Assembly (NCBI GenBank): GCA_964016885.1
Contig: OZ024745.1
Location: 60,884,001 to 60,948,000 of the forward strand
Length of the DNA: 64,000 nucleotides
Reading direction: 5' to 3'
Source: Eledone cirrhosa
Taxonomy: Eukaryota
Part shown: positions 39,563-52,019 of the stretch, piece after piece
Layout: every line of letters starts with the position of its first letter
Numbering within the stretch: the stretch's first letter is position 1
Program-made: the position numbers and the translations under genes
The notes under the pieces: generated by a model
What the model was told of the DNA's origin: nothing
Databases searched by the model: none
Seen by the model: the letters and a program-made list of their open reading frames with translations, nothing else

Positions 39563-40049
39563 GCACTATCATAGAGGTTTATATGAAAACATATGCAATA
39601 TCATTTCATCATTTCATTTAACCACCACTTTTCCCTGCTTGCAAGGGTGGGACGGGAACTGATTCTGGCTTGATTTCTACAGCTGGATGCCCTTCCTAAC
39701 TCCAACCTCATTTACAGTGAGTGCTGGGTTTTTTTGCCGTGACACCTACACGTCCACTTTGCAGTGGAATGATAGGGAACACAGTCCCTATCATCTCATT
39801 TCTACAGCTGAGTAAACTGGAGCAATATGAAATAAAGTGTCTTGCTCAAGGAAACAACACATCACCCGGTCTGAGAATTGAACTCACAACCTTTCGATTG
39901 CAAGGCCAATGCTCTAACCACTAAGCCATGTGCCTCCATTATATGTTCATATATAATAAACATATGAGAATCTTGCTCTGAATTTTTTTAAAAAGTTGTG
40001 ATCATGTCATGATTTGGAAGGTATGTTTTGCTGGTTAACTGCTACTAAC

Positions 40050-40174
40050 CTTAATGATTTGGTAAAATGCTTCCAGCTGATAAACGTTTAATAATGATTG
40101 TTTCATCAAATCTAACTGGGAAGGGGACAGTCTTTCTGACATCTTCTCCTGTGTCATAATGTAATGGAGAATAG
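40050..40174 (-). CDS. CFAP206: CFAP206 exon E (SILHYIMTQEKMSERLSPSQLDLMKQSLLNVYQLEAFYQIIK)
   Basis: Acceptor ttcaaag, donor gttagt; 125 nt, phase 1->0. Aligns to recalled LKEALYNIRQYEVFLQIIL. Confidence 0.85.
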
Positions 40175-40561
40175 CTTTGAAAATGAAAGTAATAAAATAA
40201 TTATTGAAAATAACATTGATAACTAAATTATTAAATAGAGAGAAATAAATAAAAGAAAAGACAACAGTTTTAAGTACATATCTATATTTATCAGAGAAAA
40301 TATGGTATGGTCTGTTATAGTATAATATAGTATTGTAAAGTATAGTATATATTATAGTATAGTATATGGTATGGCGTGGTATAGTATATACTGTATTATA
40401 GTATAGTGTATAGTACATAGTGTATACTACATTATAAGTACTAGATTTTAAAATATATGTACTGGAATTGAGGTCAAGAAAATCCTTTAATCGTGGTACC
40501 CCAGCATGGGCACAGTCTAACGTCTGAAACAAGTAAGATAATATGTGAGTTTGTGTGTGTG

Positions 40562-40974
40562 TACGAGGGTCGGATGAAAAGTTCAAATCTTGCGGCTGAT
40601 TATGAAGGATTGATGCTGGTGCTGTAAAATCTTGCGTCCATTACTTCAACACTTAAGAGCAGTGGATTGGCAGTATCAGTAGGAGGTGGGACGTTATGAT
40701 TTGCAGCATAGAGTTACGGCTCTTTACAGTCACAGTTCAAATCCCGCCAACGTTAACTTTGCCTTTTATCCCTATGGGGTCGATAAAATAAAGTACCAGT
40801 AATGCATTAGGATAATTGCTGGCCTTGTGCCAACAGTAGAAACAATTAATTTTAACTCTTCTCATTAATAAATGCATTGTTTCTTTCCAGGGACTATGTT
40901 GAAAAATTAATCTCATTTGGTCAATCGATGAGAGTATCTTAGTCAGCCTATGAAATTTTCAGCCGACCCTGCTA
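40562..40974. mobile_element. Mariner-derived MITE interrupted by a SINE
   Basis: TIR-like ends tacgagggtcggatgaaaagttc / gaaattttcagccgaccctgcta; SINE at 40655-40848. Related mariner-derived pieces at 47643-47925 and 54400-54565. Confidence 0.7.
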
Positions 40975-41229
40975 CATATATATATATATATGAGGATGAG
41001 AGAGAGAAAGAGAGAGAGAGAGTCTCGACCTATCTGTAATATCTATAATTCAATGTGTTTGTTGAATTACTTTAAAACTGCGAAAACCCCATTTTGGACG
41101 CGACGGTATTTGAACTAGCGCCGTTGAACTTTGATTCACACCTGAATATATATACCACGTGATACGTAACATTTCGTATTTAATATTAGGTCTTCCCAAA
41201 CACCTGTCGTCTTATTGCTTAATTCCTTT

Positions 41230-41442
41230 TTGAAGCATGGAACAAACTACCTGCATCAGTTGTTAGCTGTCGAGACACTGCATCCTTTAAGGCCTCCATG
41301 CTTCCCGAGATCCGCCAACACTACAGCTAACACATACACACATGTACTTCCCTGACATTTGTGTATTATTCTATGTACTTTCTTGACGAGTTGTAGTGCA
41401 CCTGAGCACTTTACACAATAATTTCATTATTATTATTATTAT
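41230..41442 (+). mobile_element. CR1-like LINE 3' end, same family as 52020-53665
   Basis: EAWNKLPASVVSCRDTASFKASMLPEIRQHYS*, followed by the shared 3'UTR and an (ATT)n tail. Confidence 0.85.
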
Positions 41443-42706
41443 AATTATGTTTGAAACAACTTTTAGCTCAACTAAGATTTGAATTTAGTTAAACAGTTTT
41501 ATATATGTATAGAAGGAATGAAATCTTTCGATACCAAAATTTGAACTGTTCTGATAGACATTTTAAAACAAATTTTTTAAAGCATACTAAGATAGAAACA
41601 AAATGATTTATGGCGTTAAATTTTGCAAACACTGAAATATTAATGTATAGATATGAAAATGTGAATATTCAACACAATTTTTTTGTCCATTGCAACAATA
41701 TAAATTCAACTTGGCAGTGAACTGTCTATTTATTTAATCTTACCACGGATCAGCTGCTTCACTGAATAGACCCGCCTGTTTCGAAAGTAAGTACCTTCTA
41801 ATATTTATTATTGCGAACTTATTAATTTTAACCGTTTGATAATCAAAACTAATATTGATTTTCATAGGTAAAATGTTTCTTTCATCATTGTTGCCATCGA
41901 AGATGTATATGGAAGTGTTATTAAAGAATTACACAAGATTTTTTTGCAGCCAAACGAAATCTACGCAAATCATCTAACGCATTGAATTTATGAACAATGG
42001 TTTTCTGTATATGTCACAAATGATCTTTTCTTTGAATCAAATTGTAATACTGTCTTTGAATGTCCGTGTTTGTATATTTGTTCAATAATTATTTCCCCTA
42101 ACAATTAAACTCGGTAGATCTAAACAAAATAGGGAAAATATAAAAATAAACCCTTGTATATATGTAAATATATATTCCTGCCTGCTAATGGTACCATGAC
42201 TAAACCAGCTTCCTAACCAGACCCCTGGTCTGGTGAGGAGAGTAAGTGGAAACCCAGCAGCACAAAAAAACGAGCTATTAATGGGCGGATGAACACCTCA
42301 GAGTCAATGACTATCCACCACAACTATAGGTTAAATAACCTCACTAACCCGAAAATGGCCAGCCGTGGCGGATTACATCAGGGGTGTGCAGCATATTTCA
42401 TTGGCGGGCCACTTTTGAACATTGGAAAAACTATTAGGGCCATTAAACACTGTTGTACGCCCATTGATTAGATATATATAAATGTAATAGCATATAAATT
42501 ATGTCTGATGCAGACACACACACATATATATATATTTATACACACACACATACATACCACACCACACACAAATCGTCTTCTGAAATTAGTGAAGCTATCA
42601 TTAATCCTCACCGGGTGAAGTAACTTGCAAATTCTTCGTAATTCATGAAATGCAATAATACATCTAACGGACACACACACATACATCTATTCATACATAG
42701 ACATAT

Positions 42707-42952
42707 ATGCGCGAAGTCTGGTTCGCGCGTGCCCGAAGTCTGGTCCGCGCGTGCCCGAAGTCTGTTCCGTGCGTGCCCGAAGTCTGTTCCGCGCGTGCCC
42801 AAAGTCTGGTCTGCGTGTGCCCAAAGCCTGGTCCGCGTGTGCCCAAAGCCTGGTCCGCGCGTGCGCGAAGTCTGTTCCGCGTCTGCCCGAAGTCTGGTCC
42901 GCGTGTGCTCGAAGTCTGGTCCGCGAGTGCCCGAAGTCTGGTCCGTGGGTGC
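42707..42952 (+). repeat. GC/CpG-rich 22-bp minisatellite (~11 units)
   Basis: Unit GAAGTCTGGTCCGCGCGTGCCC with variants; abuts the Helitron Rep remnant. Confidence 0.92.
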
Positions 42953-44735
42953 TTTCAGAATTCGATGACTGTTGTTCGACACATGGGAAAGCCATCTTAT
43001 TTCATCACGGTAACAACTAACTCTAACTGGGATGAAATAAAAGATAGTTTGCACCCTGGTGAAGAACCTAGAGACCATCCTGATATTTGTGCAAGAGTCT
43101 TCAAGATCAAGTATGACAGCCACATGGATGACATACTGAAAAAAATGTCCTAAGAAAAGTTGTGGCTCATTCTGCTACAATAGAGTGGCAGAAACGAGGC
43201 CTCACTCATGCTCATATTCTGCTGATAATGGCTGAAGATTGCAAGCCCAAAACTGCTGATGCCATTGATCAGGTAGTGTATCTTGAGATTCCTGATAAAG
43301 AGACCAATCCAATCCTGCAACATTCATGGCCCATGTGGACAAACTAATATGATGTGCTCATGTATGAAATGCCATTGATCAAAAAGTTATCCCAAGGCAT
43401 TCAGACAAACCACATTTGTTGCCGAAAATTCCTTTCCAGAGTATAGAAGAAGGGATAGACAGCATGGTGGTCACATCCATACAATCCAACTTAAAGGTCA
43501 AGAATTTACTGTTGATAATCGTTGGATTATTCCATACAACCCTTTCCTCTCATTGAGATATCAGTGCCACATCAATTGTGAGGTTGTCCACAGTGTCAAG
43601 GCTAAGTACTTTTATAAGTACATCACAAAAGGATCAGACAAGATCACTTTCAATATTAAGGATGATCAAGGAAATTGTGTCCATGCCCAAAATGAGATTG
43701 AGACCTATATCAATGTACGGTACATCTCAGCCAGTGAAGCATTCTGGAGAATCTATAAATTTCCATTACATCATCGAAAACTGCCAGTTGAAAAGTTGCC
43801 TTTCCATTTACCTGGGGAACAAATGGTCGTGTATGAGTGAGGGCAGGAAGAAAGTGCTGTTTCTAGGGGACAGCCAATGACTAAGTTAACGGAATATTTT
43901 CAACTGAATATTAGAGACCCACTGGCACAAAACATATTGTATATTGATATTCCTAAATATTTCACTTGGATAAACAAAAAGTGGCAAAGAAGAAAAAAGA
44001 TACATCTGGATGGTGATCAACAATCTATGAGTGAATCTCTTGGACGCATTCCAGCAGTATCTCTCAGTAGACATCAATCTGAATTATATTACCTCAGGAT
44101 GATCCTACATCACAAGGCTAGGTAAACTTCATACAAAGATTTGTGGACAATTGAAGGAGTTGAATTTCCAGCATTCCAAGAAGCATGCAGGAAACTTGGT
44201 CTGTTAGATGAAGATGGAGATAAAGACAAAGCTATGGAAGAGGCCTCATCCATTACGCTTGGTCTTCAGCTGCGACAGATCTTCTGCACCAATTTTATTG
44301 TACTGCATGCCAAATGACCCTCTGCAGTTCTGGGAGAAATGGAAGAATTGTCTTGCAGAGGATATCATGCATGAACGTCATGAGCAAGTCATGTCCATGC
44401 AAACCGTGCAGATTGTTCTACAGAAGATCCAACAAAGACTTCAACATGATGGCTTGGACATTCATGCCAACTATAGACTTCCTCGGCCAGACCTAACTAT
44501 TGTTGCCATACCAGAAATCAACAGGGTTCTTATGGCAGAAACTGATTTCAATACATACCAACTGCAAGCAAACATAAATGAACTTTTGCCAACATTGAAT
44601 TCTGAGCAACTGGTTATTTTTCACAAAGTAATCACTTCTGTAAATGAAAATGAAGGCAGAATTTTCTGCTTGAATGCAAGTGCAGGTACAGGAAAGACCT
44701 ATGTCATAAACATCCTATTGGATTACCTCCTTTCA
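42953..44735 (+). mobile_element. Helitron Rep-helicase pseudogene fragment
   Basis: GKPSYFITVTTNSNWDEI...PDICARVF (Rep motif I), EWQKRGLTHAHILL (HUH), KYFYKYITKGSD (catalytic Tyr), RYISASEAFWRI, ELYYLRMILHH, and PIF1-like Walker A ASAGTGKT; multiple stops and frameshifts. Confidence 0.93.
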
Positions 44736-45569
44736 GGCAGTTTTCTGCTAGCATATGTAGTGTGCATATTGGTATTATACACAAATATATATGCACTAGG
44801 TATATGTAAATTGAAAAGTAAATGACAATATCTTCTTCACCCACTTATTTCTGAGAGGGTCATGGGGGCAGAGTCCTTCTCAAACACTCCTTCCAGCGAG
44901 TCTGTCAAGAGCAAACATCTCTGATCCAGCTGGATCCCAAAGCGTGATCAGCCAAACTCATGGATGTTATCCAACTATGTTTCTCAGAGTCTACCTCTGG
45001 GTCTCTTGCCGGTTGGTTTTGCCTGTAAAATTTGTCCAGCGATTCTTTACGGAGACATTCTAAGCACATGCTCATAATATCAGAGTTGTAATCTCTCAAT
45101 TCGGAGAAGTAGCGGCTCTACCAGGAGTGACATCTAGTCTCTGAGCTATGCACTTTGAGTAACGTTACTCCAAAGACCCTTCGGAAAAACCCCATTTCTG
45201 CCGCTTTTATTTGCAATTGTATTCTTTTGGTAATTACTCAAGATTCATGATCCTCGGTAAGAGTTGGCAGGAATACCAGGAAGACAGTGAGTTTGGCTTT
45301 TACACCTACCCCTTTCTTCTGATTGCTGAGGCTGGCACATTACTGCATCAGCTTTTGCAATTCTTGCACTTAATTCAGCCTCCTGCATTCCATCACTCAT
45401 GAGCATGACCCCAAGATACTTGAACTTCTCTAACTGCTTCAGTAGAACTCCATTCACATGTATATAAATTTGAGGGATACACTCATATATATGTCTCTAA
45501 GTTAAAACAGTCACACACACACACACACCCCTCTAATTTAAGAACGCCAATAAACTCACGCGCGTGCAC

Positions 45570-46010
45570 ACACTGTCCTATTACCACTTAAGAGCTTTGG
45601 GCTGGGCAAACATCCCCTCAATTTTGGAACCATCTGGGTTGTCCAGAATTGATGGGAAAAGACTTGACAGTCTTACTCTGTCCTCCTGGTCAAGAGGTAG
45701 ATGCTTTATCTAGGATGTCACAGTTAGTGACTCTTTTGTTTCTTCCCACATCCTGGATGCAGCGGCAAGAGCTACAACATCCGCAACTGAACGGAACAAA
45801 ATCCTAAAATACTGCGTTCTGTCAGCTAACTACATTATCCAGCCTGTAGCATTCAAGATGTTTAGGGGAGTTGGGCTACTGACAGCGAGGTTCTTATTTT
45901 CACTGGCGGCTCGCCAAACAGGTAACTGGTGATGCTCGTGAGGGCACTTGGTTGTTCCAGCACCTCAGCTTCGCCATCACCCCAGGTAACTCTGTGGGTG
46001 TGTTGGCTTG
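45570..46010 (+). mobile_element. CRE-clade non-LTR retrotransposon RLE-domain remnant; related pieces at 37130-37340(-), 49050-49310(+, RT N-terminus) and 54780-55110(+)
   Basis: DGKRLDSLTLSSWSRGRCFI*DVTVSDSF...QPVAF; PDGITLFPFKGGKSII*DVICCDTF; SFPVGSGAGIYGLQPQHF...GGLHSIAIGDTLQRLTAK. Confidence 0.72.
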
Positions 46011-46151
46011 CCTAAAAAATTATTAGTGAGGTTTCCCAGTGCACTTTTCCTTTGTATATATTATATTTGTTTGTGTTTTCATTCTGTAACCATTATATTA
46101 AATTTTTATACAAATCTTTATATATGCAAGCGTGGAACATGGACGTTAAAC

Positions 46152-46188
<37 letters not shown>

Positions 46189-46190
<2 letters not shown>

Positions 46191-46861
46191 ATAAAAGTGA
46201 GGATGTGTGTGTGTCTGTGTACAAATTGGCATGCATAAGGCTTTCACAATTACCAACTGAATTTGACCTAATTTTCTGTGCACGTTGCGCAGGTCGCTAA
46301 GATTGTCACATCACAAAAATTTTTCAAATCGACCCACGTTGAACAATAAAAAATCAATATCAAAATTATCGGTAGAAAAATTGATGTGAGATAACAAACT
46401 TTATTGACAATCCTTATAAAAAAGGGAGATAACCTTTTCAATAAACCATACACAGCAAAGGTTGCTCTCAAAGAATAGATTTTCTCTTATTCTACTCTCA
46501 TTGTTTTTTTGTTTGTATACAACTTTGCTTTCATTACAAATTTTTGTACTTTAGCAAAACTGCCTGTTTTTTTTACAGATTGGTAACGTGTCTTTAATCG
46601 TTTGTATAACTACATCTTGTTCAGTGTTTTCCTTCATTATCAGCATAGTTTTATGTGTACAAAGATTGCACTAAATATTCGTTTGCATTAATTAATGCAC
46701 TGGGTAATTGCTGGCCTTGTGCCAATAGTAGAAACAATTAATTATTGAAGACTTCTGCTTATTTTAACAGGTTGGGAACAAATAATGTTCTTCTTTTACT
46801 TCCTAGCTGTATATTCTTAGCATAATTTCAAACCCCGAGCAACGCCGGGTAAATCTGCTAG
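46189..46861 (+). mobile_element. Non-autonomous Helitron (5' TC lost)
   Basis: Starts atataaaagtgaggatgtgtgtgtgtctg and ends with hairpin CCCGAGCAACGCCGGG plus CTAG|T (46858-61), the same 3' hairpin as 18760-19338. Confidence 0.78.
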
Positions 46862-48119
46862 TGAGTTTTAAAAAAAAAGTTAAACTGTGTTGTTAATAAA
46901 TAAATAAAAAGTTGTCCTTCATTTTACTCTCGAATGCTGCTATCATGACTGTCTGACTGTATGTGTGTGTTTGTGTGAAAGTATGTGTATTTTTGTAAGT
47001 TTGTGTTTGCGCGATTATAGTTATATACACATACATGTCAGCGTGTTGAAAAAAATCTTAATCTCTTCATCTATCTCTTTCACACATTCTATCACATAAT
47101 CACTCTATCTATCTGTATCTCTCATCACACACTCTCTCTTTCTATATATATGGTAGTTGAAGTGGTGGTGGCAGCGGCAATATACCGGAAGTGAATTTTT
47201 AACTTTTAAAAGAAGTCAATTTTACATAAACAATAAAATTATTTAATCAAGAGTTACAAAATTTAGTAGATAAATTATGTAATATTCATTCATTATTTAT
47301 TCAAAGTAATCCAACTTATTTTACTAACTGGATTAAAAGAAATAAATTGGATGCTGTCCCGCACTCCTCTCTTTATTATCTATAGTACAGTATAGTTTAT
47401 AATATAGAATATCACCATCATCACTGTTTTATGTCCATTCTTCCACGCTACCATGGGTTAGACAGGCTGTCCTGTTGTGGGCAGTGCCCGGTCGGCTGAC
47501 CTTGTCTTGCTCATACAGGAACTGATTTTGGCTTGATTTCTACAGCTGGATGTCCTTCCTAAAACCAACCTCATTTACAGTGAGTGTTGGGTGCTTTTTT
47601 TCCATGGTGCCTACACGATATAGTATTATATATTATGGTATATTACAAGGGTCGACTGGAAAGGTCATAGGCTGACCAAGATATTCTCATGGAATATGAC
47701 CAGACAAGATCTATTTTTTTAACATAGTCCCCCTTGCGGTTCACATACTTCTTTCATAAGTGTTGCAGTGCTTGGATCCCATTGGTGAAAGAAACTTTTA
47801 TCCTGTTGGTCAAAAAAGTAATCAACAGCAGATATGACATCATCACTGTCACACTAGTTCCCAGCCAAGTGTTTTTTTCATGTTGGGGAACAGATGATAG
47901 TCAGATGGAGCCAAATCATGAGAATTCTTATTCCAAATACCTCCCCTCTGCTTATTCTACACACACCCTGCCACTTATTCCATCCCCACCCTCACCCCTC
48001 GATCACTTATTGCAACGTCCTCGCTTATTCACCCACCCCCCTCATAATTTGGGACCTGATAGTAGGTAAGTAGAGGATCCTTCCTTATGAGCTTGTCATT
48101 AGAAACAGTTTTTACTTAC

Positions 48120-48212
48120 AGGTATATGTATTTATGAACTCGCATGTATTGTCGATTTCTTTCTGGATACTCTTTGATGTCTGAGGAATGACTACGTTCA
48201 AAATGGCTGGTA
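48120..48212 (-). CDS. CFAP206: CFAP206 exon D (LPAILNVVIPQTSKSIQKEIDNTCEFINTYT)
   Basis: Acceptor tttcag, donor gtaagt; 93 nt, phase 1->1. Aligns to recalled LPAVLHVAIPAT...YRYT. Confidence 0.87.
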
Positions 48213-50188
48213 CTGAAATTGAAAGACAGTTTTTATATATAACAAACAATTTATTCGTGACCTCAGCTGGGCTTTTTAGTTTTAGGAGGGTTACAATTTT
48301 TTAATTTCATACCTGTATGTATAACTTTACAATTCCAATTACTTATGCCAAGCTAACTTTGATATGTAAAATTGGGGAGGTTGCTGTGTATTCTAATTTT
48401 TTGTATACGATGGCCCCCACCCCCAAACCTGAAGTGCTCCGGGCCCCACAAGGTCTAAATCCAACCCTGCACACAGGAACACACTCTCACACACTATAAC
48501 TCTAATATCTTGAATATACATTCTATACACTGCCTCCCACACTTCAGGCAACTTCGGAGGACATCTTGAATTCAGCAGTGGGAATCAACAAGGCAATTGT
48601 TAGTAATGCAGTGTTCCCTATTTGTTTTGTTTTATTTCGGAGATGTTTACTTACAAGATGAATAACTCTAGTTTGTTGAGGTAAATATATTAGTTACCTC
48701 CCCTGAAAAGTGACTGCCGGAGTAATTATCGGCATGGTCGTTAAATTCTTAACCATATCAGTTTAACTCACGGCTTCGATTCTTCTTTGGGACATTTCTC
48801 GAGTGTCTGTTACACTTTCAAAAACAAGGTACGAATATAACAAATTTCCGTTCCTACCACTATCTCAATAGTTTAAAGAGAGAGTTACAAGCAATGCCAA
48901 ATTCAACGAATTGGACATTAAAGCAGTTGTTAGCCTTATTTTTCTTTGTTCTCTTTCGGTCAATGTAATACAGATTCTCTCGAACGATTGAGAGGGAAAG
49001 ATCCTTCGATCCCTCCAGATGACTGGCCGGACCTACTAAGTTATTTTAGACCAGTTTTCACCTTCGATAACATCTAGCAGGTGATTGCATCCTTCCCTGT
49101 AGGTTCTGGTGCAGGTATTTATGGTCTACAACCTCAGCATTTTAAGCCTCAAGCTCTTGGCAATCTGACCCAGTCTGTCAACAGAAAGTATCCTCTTCTA
49201 TATTCGCCCCTTGTTCTTTAAAACTAAACTATTTGGTTTCACTAAGCCTAATGGTGGCCTCCACTCCATTGCAATCGGGGACACTCTGCAACGGCTCACG
49301 GCAAAAGTGTATCTGTAGTCAGTCTGACTACCTGTCTTCAGAACTAATTTTGGCTTCGCTTCTATGATGGATGCCTTTTCTAACACCAACCACACAGTGT
49401 GTACTAGGGGCACTTACACGACCACTTAAGTGTGGACTGGATGCTTTTTGTCATGTCACTAACACGATCGCTTTATAGCGTGGTCTGGGCGCTTTTTGTT
49501 GTGACACCTTTTCAGTGTATAATACTAGGTGCTTTTTGTTGACACCTACACGACCACTTTAGTCTGGACTGGGTGCTTTTTGTTGAGACGCTGACACAAC
49601 TACTTTACAGCAAATCATTTCGTCCAACACTCTAGTTTTATTGATACATAACTGTTCATTTTAAAATGTTCATACCTATATTAAAACCTTTCATCATAAT
49701 TTTATTTAAGTAATTTTTATTAAGTAATGTTTGCAATGACAGTTTACTAACGAAAATGTTAGTTATCTCATTAAATTCTTCAAATTTTCAAAGTTAATTT
49801 ATGCTCATAGGCAGTGTATTTCATCAGAAATATAGCAACAAAAGAGTTAAATACCTTTCCAATCTTAAATGTATGCAAGGTGTTTGTAGGGCATTTAAAA
49901 AATCTGGCGGAGCCCAAACCTCCCCAGGTCTGAATAGAGATTTCTTCCACAGAAGGATAGAGAGAGTGAGAGAATGGAAGTGAGAAAGAGATATAAAGGA
50001 AGTAGTACTTGACTGATACTTTTTTTTATCGACCTTCAATGGATGAAAGACAAAGTTGACCTCAGTGGGATTTGAACTTATTGAACAGAGAGCCGAAACG
50101 AATAGTACTAAGCATTCTGTCTGACGTTCTAACGACTCTACCAATTCTTTACGATTACCAAAATAAATTAATAGATTCCTGTACTTAC

Positions 50189-50347
50189 AATCATCAATGC
50201 CTTTTCCACCTTTACAATACTGTTTATTAAATAGGCGGATTCCTGTAGATATCATGGTCAACTCCAGAAGTTGTCTTTCTTTATCTCCTTTGGACAAAGC
50301 TAAAAATGAACCAAGTTCTCCTCGAGGAAAAACACTCTGAACAGCCG
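50189..50347 (-). CDS. CFAP206: CFAP206 exon C (AAVQSVFPRGELGSFLALSKGDKERQLLELTMISTGIRLFNKQYCKGGKGIDD)
   Basis: Acceptor caccag, donor gtaagt; 159 nt, phase 1->1. Overlaps ORF 49824..50297 and matches DKERQLxELTMIxTGIRLFN...KGGxGIDD. Confidence 0.95.
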
Positions 50348-51712
50348 CTGGTGTAATAGATGATAAAGAAATGGATGAAAACAGCAGACAAAGAACAGGT
50401 GAATTATCAGTTTGTAAACAACCAAATATTTAAACTGTTCAACTTTAGAAAGCTCTAGTACTTCCTATATTTCAAGCACTTGATATTTTTGTGGGCCTCC
50501 TAAGCCATTCTGTGCAGCATTTTGAAAGAATCAGATATTTCCAACAAAATTTAAATTTTTATTAATATGTTTTTGTCTCTCTCTTATTATTTCAATTTAA
50601 ATCATAAGATGAACGTATTTTAAATAGCAAAGAATAAAAGAAAATTCAACGAAATAATCCACACTGACGGACAGCCAGAATTAAAAACTTAGTAGATTGT
50701 AAGGGCCAATAACAAAATGCTTTCCTACATCAAGCAGTCATAACAAAGTCATTAAAATGTAAATAGCTTTCAAATTGTTTTTCGTTTTCTTTTAGTTAAT
50801 ATATAGTAATTAGATTTTTTATTAAATACTGTAGACTTTAATTTTTTATGGTTTCTTGACTGCAGCCTTATATTACAAGTAACTTAATGCGGCCTTTCAA
50901 CATAAAAAGGCTCCCCACCACCTCTGATGTAGACCATTCCCATCCCGAGAATTTCAGGGGTCTTTTTACTACATTAAAAAAATCAATGATTTACACATTT
51001 TTATGCCTAGTATTGTCATATGTCACAAAGGCAGGAAGACGGGTGATTAAAGGAAAAATAAACAAAAGTCGAAATAATTTAAAGGAGATAACAGTTCTCC
51101 CCTCTCCTGTTTGCCAGAGTTGTTTCCCTTATAAAGGCAGCATGCTGAAAAGCATGATTAGAATCAGCGAGAACACCACTTGATATTAAACCACATGAAA
51201 CCAGCTCTGGTTCTACGATACAAAGCTTTTTTTATTTAAGATATTTATATTTATGTCCCAAATACCAGGTATATAATAGGAAAGTTATATAAATATATTA
51301 AATTCTTGATTATTTTGTAAATAATATATAAATAACATTACAAATTGCTCACAATTCTTTTAGAATAAAAATATAAACACAAATTGTTTGTAAATTGTTT
51401 CAAAATAATAAACACTTCGTTAGAAATATAATAACTGTTTCTACTTTTGGCACAAGGCCAGCGATTTCTCAGTACATTACTGGTACTCTATTTTATCAAC
51501 CCCGTAAGGATGAAAGGCAAAGTGAACCTCGGCGTTAGAAATATAATAACGAAAGTATTAATGCACCGGAAATGATATTAACCGACCACATAATCACACA
51601 CACGCACTATATATATATATGCGTGTGTGTTTAGTGGTAGCTATGATGCTTCCATTGGCGGTATGCCAGTTGAGCACTCTATGTTCTTACAGAGCAAAGT
51701 GCGATATAATAA

Positions 51713-51968
51713 AAAACGAAAAATCAGTGATGCATCTGGACTCAATTTATTGTGTGTTACAATTGTTTCGCCGGCAGACAGCTCGAGACACGATCATTGT
51801 ATGGATCTGTCTGAGAAAATTTGTTCCGAAATTATTCGAAGTGTCCGACGAACCTGCAGTTCTAGAATCAGACAGATCCATACAATGATCGTGTCTCGAG
51901 CTGTCTGCTGGCGAAACAATTGTAACACACAATAAATTGAATCCAGATGCATCACTGATTTTTCGTTT
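51713..51968. repeat. Fold-back insert beside (TA)n carrying a hammerhead-shaped motif in both arms
   Basis: Arms of about 100 bp (51713-51814 and 51868-51968) are near-perfect reverse complements with a spacer of about 53 nt. Confidence 0.92.
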
Positions 51969-52019
51969 TATATATATATATTTAACGAAAGGTAAGTATT
52001 AAAAGAAATTGTTAAATGG

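Noticed and set aside
41712-41735. miR-34-like seed TGGCAGTG
   Set aside because: The rest of the mature sequence and a precursor hairpin do not match.
42707-42952. CRISPR-like array
   Set aside because: Units are contiguous with no unique spacers, in eukaryotic context; a minisatellite. The same applies to the 48-bp arrays.
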